Shown: one piece after another, positions 27,164 through 35,993 of the stretch
Layout of the letters: each line of letters starts with the position of its first letter
How positions within the stretch are numbered: the first letter of the stretch is position 1
Source of the DNA: Anolis carolinensis
Taxonomy: Eukaryota
Length of the DNA: 64,000 bases
Direction: 5' to 3'
Assembly: GCF_035594765.1 (NCBI RefSeq)
Contig: NC_085841.1
Coordinates: 316,395,402 to 316,459,401, forward strand
Position numbers and translations under genes: made by a program
The notes under the pieces: generated by a model
What the model was told of the DNA's origin: nothing
What the model saw: the letters and a program-made list of their open reading frames with translations, nothing else
Database searches by the model: none

Positions 27164-29160
27164 TTTTAAGCAAAATAAAAATGTGTATTTTGAACAAATA
27201 CTGGTATTGGGATGATCACTTGGAAAAGAGACACTTTTTCATGGTAAGTGATCACCAGCTGAAATTTTTTCACTCACATAATGTAGGAAGAGTCTTGTCC
27301 TACTGTTGTTTCTTTTTAAAATCCAGACATAATGGTTGTTTGGTGGACAGGAAGATTTTCAGTGTCCATGAACAGAATTAGGCAGCAACTTCAAAACAAA
27401 GGGAATCTTGTATGGATATATTGTAACCAACTTGTTAGTAAACCAGGAAATTGATGGTTGGTCTTAGTTAAGCTGTGCTATGGAATACTTTTTGACCTTA
27501 TCTGGAACCAAATGGAAAACCAAGGTTCGAAACCACATTTTCAACCAAAACCAAACCAGAAGAGAAACAGAAAGGTCACAGTTTGTTTCCTTAATACTCA
27601 GAATTATAGTTGGCATACAAAATAGAATTAAGCTGAATAGAAGGATATTTGTACTGTCCTTTTGGTTAATGTCAACTTTTTAAAATGATGGTTTGATCCA
27701 CAAATCAGTCAGTCATCACAACAATGCAATGATGTGGTTTTATATGTAAACCATGAATGCAAAAAAAAAAAAACTTGAGTGGTGGAATCATGGTTGCCTT
27801 ACAAGTATGGCAGCTCTACAGGTCTGGCATCAGCCACACTAATAAAATCAAATCCAATGCTGTTTTATGACCTTGAATTTATGTGACTACAGAAGATCAA
27901 AGGATTTCTGTCCCACTGGACTACAAGGTCTATAGTTCATGGCAAAAAAAAGAGAGAGGGAAAAAACTCATCAAAAAGAACATTTTAGTTGTGAGGCTTT
28001 TCATTTTAATCAGCTATAGCAATAAAGAGCTGCTAGGTGTCCAAAAACATTCTCCAAGATCACAGACAAAAGCACCTTTTCATACACTCCACATTCTTAT
28101 TTAGATCCATACAATGTTTCTGGTTTGCTCATGCTCTTGAACCTTCTCATGCTATAATTTGTTCTGCACATACCTTTTTTTCCTCCCTTAATTTTCCCCT
28201 CAATTTAAACATGAAAAGTTTCAGAACATGGGAAGATTAATGGTGCAAGAAGCTTTCACTTTAATATTAAGGTGCTACAAGTTCTCAGAATAGAACTTAA
28301 TTGTAATTGCAGCTGAGTATTCCAGGGTGGCCCCACTCCACAGAGTGAAATAGTTATATGCTAGAGGACTGTGGCTTTCTCATTGGCAAGAATAGCAAGA
28401 TATATCTATCTGCTGTGTCTATAAAAAGGGGTTGAAAGCAGCAGCCGTTCTGCTGAAAAAACATTTTGGTGTCATTAAGGTAGTTCATGCTTTCTGCGCC
28501 TCTCACTTGTGTTAAAAACACACTGCAGAATTATAGCAGTTTGACACCACATTAACTGCCATGGCTTGGTATAGAATTCTGGGAATTGCAGTTTTGAGAG
28601 ATATATACTTTTTATCTTTGAGAGCGCTGGTGATGTAACAAACTATATCCTAGGATTCCAAAGAATGGAACTATTATAGCAGTTAAAAGGATTTCAAACT
28701 GTTAGAATTCTGCAATAGGGATTGTCTCTTACTAGACAAAAGGAACCAAAGTTATCAACAATGGAAATTTTGCACAATCCAGTGCCTGGAATAACTGCAC
28801 AGTGCCTGGAATAAATGCTGTTTTAGTTTTCCTGGATCTAGAATTATGTCATATACATTTGACAACACACATGCCTGGTCTGAGCTTGTTAAACATAACT
28901 AAACATTATCTTCCATGCAATTTGCCAAAGCTTGTCTCTCTTCACTGACAGATGCAAGCAGAGAAAACAACAGCCTTGACTCTTGGGAGTTTTAACAAGG
29001 CTTGGTCTGCACAAATAGTAGAATAATGTGATTCCCTGTTGCTCAGAATCATTGTCTGCTGAAGTTGAGTAGTATCCTGAAGCAGAGTGCACTGCACTCC
29101 TTCCAGGGGCAAGGGAAATACCATTTTTGAATGCTCTTGAATATTAAGCAAGTATTGCAA

Positions 29161-29598
29161 TATTGTTGTTGTTGTTGTTGTTGTATGACACAGCAAACAA
29201 GATAGATATGCTGGATTTCATATCACAAAATCACAAGTCGAACACTTCCCAAGTGTCTAGGACTTTGTGATGTATTTTCGGATGATGCGTGCAGATCCCA
29301 GTAGGGTGGCCTTTTGCAGTTGGCAGATCGTAATTTTGTCAATGTCTATTGTTTCCAAATGCCGACTGAGATCTTTTGGCATGGCACCCAATGTGCCCAT
29401 CACCACCGGGACCACCTGCACTGGTTTCTGCCAGAGTCTTTGCAGTTCAATCTTGAGGTCCTGATCGCGGCTGAGTTTTTCCTGTTGTTTTTCATCAATG
29501 CAACTGTCACCTGGGATGGCAACATCAATGAACCAAACCTTTTTCTTTCCCACAACTGTGATGTCTGGTGTGTCGGGTTCCAGAACTTTGTCAGTCTG
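29161..29598 (-). mobile_element. R4/Dong-clade LINE, 3' part (restriction-like endonuclease and 3' UTR)
   Basis: TPDITVV...FIDVAIPGD...EKLS (PD..D motif), QLQKATLLGSARIIRKY*; (CAA)n tail at ~29163-29183. Confidence 0.85.
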
Positions 29599-30556
29599 TG
29601 TCACGACCCAGGCTGCAGAGCACCAATAACCATACACAGAGGCCAGATTCTATCTAATATCTTTATTAAGGAAATATATAAAGTTAATAAAAGCAAGTGT
29701 ATGAAATAGTCCAGAAGTAGACCTTTCAGGGAAGGTCAAAATTAGTCCAAGAAAACAATGTCCAATATGAAATATTAAGGTCCAAAGTTGTAATCCAATA
29801 ACCGAAACACTCACTTTGCCAGGCAAAGTGAGGGGAGATGACAAGGTCCTTTAGTCCATGAACTTGAGCAAGGCTAGGAAATAACTTGAAACAAGGCTTG
29901 ATACAAGGCAACAAGGAACGAGGAGCGAGAACAAGGTCCGTGGAATTACTTGGCAAAACCCGGGAAACAAGGCAAGGCTGAGTCCTGGAAAACAAGGCAA
30001 GGTCCGTGGAGGTAAACAAGGCTGGAAACGGGAGCGAAGGCTTGGAATCAGGAACAAGGCTTGAAACAGGAACGAGGCTTGGAAACGGAGCGCGCTGTCC
30101 ACACACAACTTACTCCAGTAGCTGACGAATTGACTCCGCAAGATCCCTTTGTGGGTAAAACACCTAAATAGGGTCTAGTTTTCCCACCAAAGAACAGTTC
30201 ACTGGGGAACCAGAAACGAAAGCTAATCTCTGAGTCCAGATGCATGACTCCTTAAAGTTTCTCATGGAAAACAGGCTTAATCAGCTAAATTCTTAGCAGC
30301 TATCCTAGCACTCCTGCGAGAGGCCGCTTGAACTCCTCTCTGTTGTTTACAAAACTCGTGGCGAGAAAACACAGGAGATTTAGGCTCAGGGCTTGTTTGA
30401 CAGACTTCTGGAAGACAAATCTCTTGCAGGTGCAAGGTTCCCAGATCTGGCTGGGAAGGTTCCAATTCTGACTGAGACGGTGAAAAACCCAAGTTCTCCT
30501 CTTCATCTGGGACTACAGTGCCATGAATGGGATTACATGGCCCATGACTCATCACA
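29599..30556 (-). repeat. 3' LTR
   Basis: TG...CA ends; same as 35031-35988 except 30479 G vs 35911 A; minus-strand AATAAA at 29662-29667. Confidence 0.95.
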
Positions 30557-33500
30557 CTATCCCCCTCCTCAAGCCCCCTCTCAAACTGGGACTCTCTCCC
30601 CGAGGCGCGAGGCCGCGGCTTGGCGGGATAGGTCTGATGGAAGCGGCGGGTTAGATCAGGAGCATGGACTGTGGAAGCGTCTTCCCAAGAGCGTTCCTCG
30701 GGGCCAAAACCCACCCAGTCAATGAGATATTGTAGGCGGCGGCGGTGAAAGCGAGAATCCAAAATGTCCTGAACCTCAAACTCCTCCTCTCCATCTACCC
30801 AAACAGGAGGGGGGGCCGGCCGGTCTGTATCAGGGCGCGCACCATCCGCCGGAAGGAGTAGGGAACGATGGAACACTGGATGAATGCGCATTGAGCGCGG
30901 AAGTTGGAGTTTGAAAGTCACGGGGTTAAGTTGCGCCACCACTGGATAGGGGCCAATGAAACGGGCATCTAACTTCCGGCAAGGGCGATGGGAGGGCAAA
31001 AAGCGAGTGGACAGAAGAACCCGGTCTCCTACCTTGATTTCGGGGCCCGGCTGGCGATGTTTGTCCGCGTGACGTTTATAGTCCTCCTTGGCTTGGTCTA
31101 GTTGCTGGAGCAAGAGTTGTTGCACCGCTGTGAGTTCCTGCAGCCAGTCCTCTGCTGCGGGAACTTCTGAGGTTTCAATGACAGGAGGAAAGAAACGTGG
31201 ATGGAAGCCGTAGTTTGCAAAGAACGGGGTTTCTTTAGTAGAAGCCTGGACCCCATTGTTGTAGGCAAACTCTGACAACGATAACAGGGAAGCCCAATTG
31301 TCCTGTTGGTAGTTCACATAACAGCGAAGGTATTGTTCCAAAGTGGCATTGGTGCGCTCAGTTTGCCCATCTGTTTGGGGATGATGAGCCGAAGATAAAC
31401 GAGAGTCTATGCCCAATAGTTTTTGTAGTGCTTTCCAGAAACGAGAGGTGAATTGGGACCCACGGTCTGTGACCAAACTCTTGGGCAATCCATGCAATCT
31501 GAAAACATGTTGGAGGAATAGATCTGCAGTCTCTTTGGCCGTGGGAAGGCCTTCACAGGGAATGAAATGGGCTAACTTGGTGAAAAGGTCCACCACCACT
31601 AGGATTGTGGTGAATCCACAGGAAGGTGGTAGATCAGTGATAAAATCCGCAGAGATTATTTCCCATGGGTGGGATGGGGTAGGGAGGGGATGCAGAAGCC
31701 CTGAGGGCTTCTCCCTTCTTGTCTTGGAGCGCTGGCATACTGGGCAGGTGTTGACATATTTTTCCACATCCTTGCGGATCTTGGGCCACCAGAAATCTCT
31801 TAGGATCAAATGCATAGTTTTGAATAGTCCGAAATGCCCTGCTGGCTTGCAGTCATGACACAGACGAAGTGCCTTTTCTCTGCCCGGTCCTGGGGGGATG
31901 TAAACATGATTTCTATAGCAAAGTAGCCCATCCTTAAGCGAAAAGGGAAAATGTAGTCCTTGGCGAAGTTGGTCCTGTGCCCAGGCATCTACTTGCTGGC
32001 TGGCCCTGATTTCCTGAGCACAAAGGGGCCCTGGAGTAGAGGGAGTTGATTCAATGGGAGTGGATTTGGTGTTTCCCACTGTGAGCGTGGCAAAGTTCTC
32101 GGGTTGTAGCAGCTGAGATTCAAAGGTCTCCTTGCGCCCTGCAGCGTATTCCGGTTTTCGTGACAGAGCATCTGCTTGCTTGGTCTGGGCTGGGGTTACA
32201 TAATGAATTTGGAAGTTAAAACGTTCAAAGAATAAAGCCCAGCGTTGTTGCCTCTGATTTAGCTTGCGGGCAGTTCTTAGATGCTCTAGATTCCGATGAT
32301 CAGTATGGACTTCAATGGGAAATTTGGCCCCTTCTAACCAATGTCTCCAAGTTTCAAAGGCTGCCTTTATGGCCAATAGTTCCTTTTCCCAAATGGTGTA
32401 GTTTCTCTCTGGTGCGGTCAATTGACGGGAATAAAAGGCACAAGGATGAAGATGATCTCCCACCGGTTGTAGGAGTACAGCCCCAATTGCCACATCGGAG
32501 GCGTCCGCCTGCACGACAAAAAGGGTTTCAGGATCTGGATGCTGAAGGATTGGCTGGGACGTGAATAATTTCTTTAGTTGCTGGAACCCTTTCTCTGCTT
32601 GATCTGTCCAGCGGAAGGGCTGTTTCCCACGGATGCAGCTGGTGATTGGGTCAGACCAGCGGGCAAAGTCTGGAATGAACTTGCGATAGTAGTTCGCGAA
32701 CCCCAAGAATCGTTGCACCTCTTTCTTGTTGGTGGGCGCCCGCCATTCCAATACTGCTGAAACCTTTGCCGGGTCCATGGAGAGCCCTAGTGGCGAGACG
32801 CGGTACCCCAGGAAATCTACCTCTTGTAGATCAAAAGCACATTTTTCCAGCTTGGCATAAAGTCCATGATCTCGCAATCGTTGTAACACCATTCTGACGT
32901 GGTTCTCATGTTCTGATTGTGATCTAGAAAACACCAAAAAATCGTCCAGGTAGATGATCAAGAACCGATCTAGATAATCCTGAAAGATGTCATTGACAAA
33001 ATGTTGGAACGTTGCGGGAGCTCCACATAATCCATAATTCATAACTCGGGACTCGAATAATCCGAATTTAGTCTGGAAGGCGGTCTTCCACTCGTCCCCT
33101 TCTCTGATGCGAACTAGATTATACGCCCCCCGAAGATCCAGCTTGGTGTAGACCTTGGCTCCTCGAAGTCGGTCTAGTAGGTCCGAGATTAAGGGCAGGG
33201 GATAGCTGTTCCGCTTAGTGATATTGTTCAATGCTCTATAGTCCACCACCAAGCGTAATTCCCCGGATTTCTTTTTCACAAACATCACTGGGGAAGCGGC
33301 TGGGGATTGAGAGGGTCTGATGAATCCCTTGCGAAGGTTTGACTCTATAAACTCCTTGAGAGCTTCTTGCTCCGGTTCAGTCAGGGAGTAGAGATGTCCT
33401 CGCGGGATCGGGGCCCCCTCCACCAAGTCAATGGCACAGTCATAAGGTCTATGTGGGGGTAATCTCTCGGCCTCTTTTTCATTGAATACATCCCAATATT

Positions 33501-34023
33501 CTGAGTACTTCTTGGGCAAGGTGATAATGGGTTCAGTGTCTGTGGCATGGCAGACCTTGGCTACAAGGCAATGGTTTTGGCAATATTTTGAAGCAAACTG
33601 CAGTTCTCTGTTGGACCAGGAGATGCTTGGGTCGTGAAGTGTCAGCCATGGAATTCCCAAAATCACAGGGAAATGGGGAACCTCGGTAACAAAGAAGGAA
33701 ATCTCTTCCATATGTTCCCTTATCCACATTCTGGTGGGTTCCGACCACTGGCTTACGGGACCCGTCTTGAGGGGGCGGCCATCGATGGCTTGCACCACAC
33801 GGGCATTCTTGAAGTCATGGTATTGTAATCCCAGAGAGTCGGCATACTCTCTATCAATGAAATTGTTTGTGGCTCCTGAGTCTATCATGGCATGGACAAT
33901 GACTGGCCCCTTTTTTGCTGACCACAAGGTGACCACTAGAAGAAATAGGACCCCGGTTGGCGGCTCTTGAGTGGGTTTTTTGACCGGGTTGGCGAGCCTC
34001 TCTACGCCCGGTCGCTGGCTTCC
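30277..34023 (-). CDS. pol: Pol polyprotein (protease, RT, RNase H, integrase, GPY/F, chromodomain, LTR-encoded tail), -1 frame relative to gag
   Basis: DSGA protease, YLDD RT, DASD/EKELLAI/TDH/ADALSR RNase H, H-H-C-C zinc finger, D-D-E (ADFI, TDRGSQF, TERTN), GPY, chromodomain FEVQDILDSR...YLIDWVGF; frame open from the TGA at 34048 to the TAA at 30277 (ORF track 30277-33936). Confidence 0.95.
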   Translation of the reverse strand, partial: GSQRPGVERLANPVKKPTQEPPTGVLFLLVVTLWSAKKGPVIVHAMIDSGATNNFIDREYADSLGLQYHDFKNARVVQAIDGRPLKTGPVSQWSEPTRMWIREHMEEISFFVTEVPHFPVILGIPWLTLHDPSISWSNRELQFASKYCQNHCLVAKVCHATDTEPIITLPKKYSEYWDVFNEKEAERLPPHRPYDCAIDLVEGAPIPRGHLYSLTEPEQEALKEFIESNLRKGFIRPSQSPAASPVMFVKKKSGELRLVVDYRALNNITKRNSYPLPLISDLLDRLRGAKVYTKLDLRGAYNLVRIREGDEWKTAFQTKFGLFESRVMNYGLCGAPATFQHFVNDIFQDYLDRFLIIYLDDFLVFSRSQSEHENHVRMVLQRLRDHGLYAKLEKCAFDLQEVDFLGYRVSPLGLSMDPAKVSAVLEWRAPTNKKEVQRFLGFANYYRKFIPDFARWSDPITSCIRGKQPFRWTDQAEKGFQQLKKLFTSQPILQHPDPETLFVVQADASDVAIGAVLLQPVGDHLHPCAFYSRQLTAPERNYTIWEKELLAIKAAFETWRHWLEGAKFPIEVHTDHRNLEHLRTARKLNQRQQRWALFFERFNFQIHYVTPAQTKQADALSRKPEYAAGRKETFESQLLQPENFATLTVGNTKSTPIESTPSTPGPLCAQEIRASQQVDAWAQDQLRQGLHFPFSLKDGLLCYRNHVYIPPGPGREKALRLCHDCKPAGHFGLFKTMHLILRDFWWPKIRKDVEKYVNTCPVCQRSKTRREKPSGLLHPLPTPSHPWEIISADFITDLPPSCGFTTILVVVDLFTKLAHFIPCEGLPTAKETADLFLQHVFRLHGLPKSLVTDRGSQFTSRFWKALQKLLGIDSRLSSAHHPQTDGQTERTNATLEQYLRCYVNYQQDNWASLLSLSEFAYNNGVQASTKETPFFANYGFHPRFFPPVIETSEVPAAEDWLQELTAVQQLLLQQLDQAKEDYKRHADKHRQPGPEIKVGDRVLLSTRFLPSHRPCRKLDARFIGPYPVVAQLNPVTFKLQLPRSMRIHPVFHRSLLLPADGARPDTDRPAPPPVWVDGEEEFEVQDILDSRFHRRRLQYLIDWVGFGPEERSWEDASTVHAPDLTRRFHQTYPAKPRPRASGRESQFERGLEEGDSVMSHGPCNPIHGTVVPDEEENLGFSPSQSELEPSQPDLGTLHLQEICLPEVCQTSPEPKSPVFSRHEFCKQQRGVQAASRRSARIAAKNLAD
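30557..30582 (-). promoter_or_regulatory. Polypurine tract
   Basis: Minus strand GAGAGGGGGCTTGAGGAGGGGGATAG immediately before the 3' LTR. Confidence 0.85.
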
Positions 34024-34026
34024 CCC
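33962..34026 (-). promoter_or_regulatory. Candidate -1 ribosomal frameshift signal (G_GGG_GAA, 6-nt spacer, pseudoknot)
   Basis: Falls in the only ~45-nt gag/pol overlap; stem GACCGGG/CCCGGTC; loop GGCTC complementary to downstream GAGCC. Confidence 0.65.
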
Positions 34027-34988
34027 GCCGGCTGTGCGCCAGCCGCCTCAGATGCCTTCGTCTCCGTGGAGGACGCCGCCGCCAGACGGGCGGCGGGCTT
34101 CCCTTTGGCTGGGCACTCTCTGGCGAAGTGGCCCCCGTTCCCGCAGTACCAACAGAGATTTAGGCGTTGGCGGCGGGCCTTCTCGGCGGCATCTAACCTG
34201 GGACGCACATTGCCCAACTGCATCGGCACCTCCTCGCTCCCCCTGGGGTATGGGGCTGGTGGTGGGGGTCTCCATACTGGACGCGGCTGGACGCTGGTGG
34301 GAGCGGGAGGTTTCACCCCAGCTCTACCGCTCTGGCCTCGGACCCATTGTTTTCTGTTGGCAAGCATGACTTCAGCTCGTAAACATTGATCAATGAGTGC
34401 TTCAAGAGAGTGGGGGGGATCCACCTTGGAAATTTCCTCCAACATCTCGATGTTGAGACCCTCCCGAAATTGTCCTCTGAGGGCTATATCATTCCATCCG
34501 GTGCTGTGGGCCAGCACTCGGAACTCGGCTATGTACTGGGACAAGGGTCTGTCCCCCTGAGAGAGGCGCCGGAGTTTATGGCCGGCTGCCTCCAAATTGT
34601 CTTCGATCCCCCAAGTCGCCTTAATGTGATCCAAGAAGTGTTGCGCTGATCTTAGGTGTGGGGAAACTTGGTCGAACAGTGCCGTCGCCCAGTTGGCCGC
34701 TGGCCCATCTAAAAGGCTGTAGATCCACGCCACTTTGATGTCTTCTTGGGGAAACTCGGCATTGCGGGCCTCTAGATAAGCCTGGCATTGGCGACGGAAA
34801 ACATGAACCTTAGAAGCTTCTCCAGAAAACTTGGTTGGCAACGCCAGGGCCGGGAGACGGATTCCGCGTTCCTTCAATCCCTTTATTTCTCCCTCCTGCG
34901 CATTGAGCTTATCACGGATGCGATCCACTTCCTCCTTGTCGATGGTGTAGCTGAGTGGCTGGCCTCCCGGTCCGGCTCCGGTAGACAT
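34002..34988 (-). CDS. gag: Gag (coiled coil, capsid, CCHC zinc knuckle), PEG10/Sushi-like
   Basis: 328 aa; LPTKFSG...FRRQCQAYL, LSQYIAEFRVLA...GWND, PMQLG...RRQRLNLCWYCGNGGHFARECP. Confidence 0.95.
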   Translation of the reverse strand: MSTGAGPGGQPLSYTIDKEEVDRIRDKLNAQEGEIKGLKERGIRLPALALPTKFSGEASKVHVFRRQCQAYLEARNAEFPQEDIKVAWIYSLLDGPAANWATALFDQVSPHLRSAQHFLDHIKATWGIEDNLEAAGHKLRRLSQGDRPLSQYIAEFRVLAHSTGWNDIALRGQFREGLNIEMLEEISKVDPPHSLEALIDQCLRAEVMLANRKQWVRGQSGRAGVKPPAPTSVQPRPVWRPPPPAPYPRGSEEVPMQLGNVRPRLDAAEKARRQRLNLCWYCGNGGHFARECPAKGKPAARLAAASSTETKASEAAGAQPAGEASDRA

Positions 34989-35018
34989 TCTGGCCTAGGT
35001 TAATTGGTGCTTAGGGTG

Positions 35019-35030
35019 GCGGAGTCAAAC
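35019..35030 (-). promoter_or_regulatory. Non-tRNA (self-priming) primer-binding site
   Basis: GTTTGACTCCGC follows the 5' LTR with no TGG; TTGACTCCGC is complementary to GCGGAGTCAA at 35571-35562 inside the LTR. Confidence 0.75.
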
Positions 35031-35988
35031 TGTCACGACCCAGGCTGCAGAGCACCAATAACCATACACAGAGGCCAGATTCTATCTAATATCTTTATTA
35101 AGGAAATATATAAAGTTAATAAAAGCAAGTGTATGAAATAGTCCAGAAGTAGACCTTTCAGGGAAGGTCAAAATTAGTCCAAGAAAACAATGTCCAATAT
35201 GAAATATTAAGGTCCAAAGTTGTAATCCAATAACCGAAACACTCACTTTGCCAGGCAAAGTGAGGGGAGATGACAAGGTCCTTTAGTCCATGAACTTGAG
35301 CAAGGCTAGGAAATAACTTGAAACAAGGCTTGATACAAGGCAACAAGGAACGAGGAGCGAGAACAAGGTCCGTGGAATTACTTGGCAAAACCCGGGAAAC
35401 AAGGCAAGGCTGAGTCCTGGAAAACAAGGCAAGGTCCGTGGAGGTAAACAAGGCTGGAAACGGGAGCGAAGGCTTGGAATCAGGAACAAGGCTTGAAACA
35501 GGAACGAGGCTTGGAAACGGAGCGCGCTGTCCACACACAACTTACTCCAGTAGCTGACGAATTGACTCCGCAAGATCCCTTTGTGGGTAAAACACCTAAA
35601 TAGGGTCTAGTTTTCCCACCAAAGAACAGTTCACTGGGGAACCAGAAACGAAAGCTAATCTCTGAGTCCAGATGCATGACTCCTTAAAGTTTCTCATGGA
35701 AAACAGGCTTAATCAGCTAAATTCTTAGCAGCTATCCTAGCACTCCTGCGAGAGGCCGCTTGAACTCCTCTCTGTTGTTTACAAAACTCGTGGCGAGAAA
35801 ACACAGGAGATTTAGGCTCAGGGCTTGTTTGACAGACTTCTGGAAGACAAATCTCTTGCAGGTGCAAGGTTCCCAGATCTGGCTGGGAAGGTTCCAATTC
35901 TGACTGAGACAGTGAAAAACCCAAGTTCTCCTCTTCATCTGGGACTACAGTGCCATGAATGGGATTACATGGCCCATGACTCATCACA
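35031..35988 (-). repeat. 5' LTR
   Basis: 958 bp, TG...CA ends, copy of 29599-30556. Confidence 0.95.
35597..35602 (-). promoter_or_regulatory. TATA-like box of the LTR promoter
   Basis: TATTTA starting 31 nt upstream of the predicted +1 (35571); also present in the 3' LTR and the solo LTR. Confidence 0.6.
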
Positions 35989-35993
35989 GTCTG

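Larger units (their letters stand above)
29599..35988 (-). mobile_element. Full-length Ty3/Gypsy LTR retrotransposon, chromovirus of the Tf1/Sushi (V-clade, PEG10-related) group
   Basis: Two 958-bp LTRs, 5-bp TSD GTCTG (29594-29598, 35989-35993), intact gag and pol in order PR-RT-RH-IN-chromodomain, PPT. Confidence 0.97.

Noticed and set aside
28780-28814. Short direct repeats (cagtgcctggaataa x2; similar cases at ~37308, ~48619, ~50452)
   Set aside because: Ordinary local slippage duplications with no further structure.
29870-30090. CRISPR-like repeat array
   Set aside because: Short irregular CAAGG repeats inside a eukaryotic LTR; no constant repeat-spacer period and no cas genes.
33967-34389. 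Antisense ORFs over gag/pol (also 31409-31858) and over CR1 (2061-3009)
   Set aside because: Shadow ORFs of GC-rich coding sequence with no recognisable motifs.
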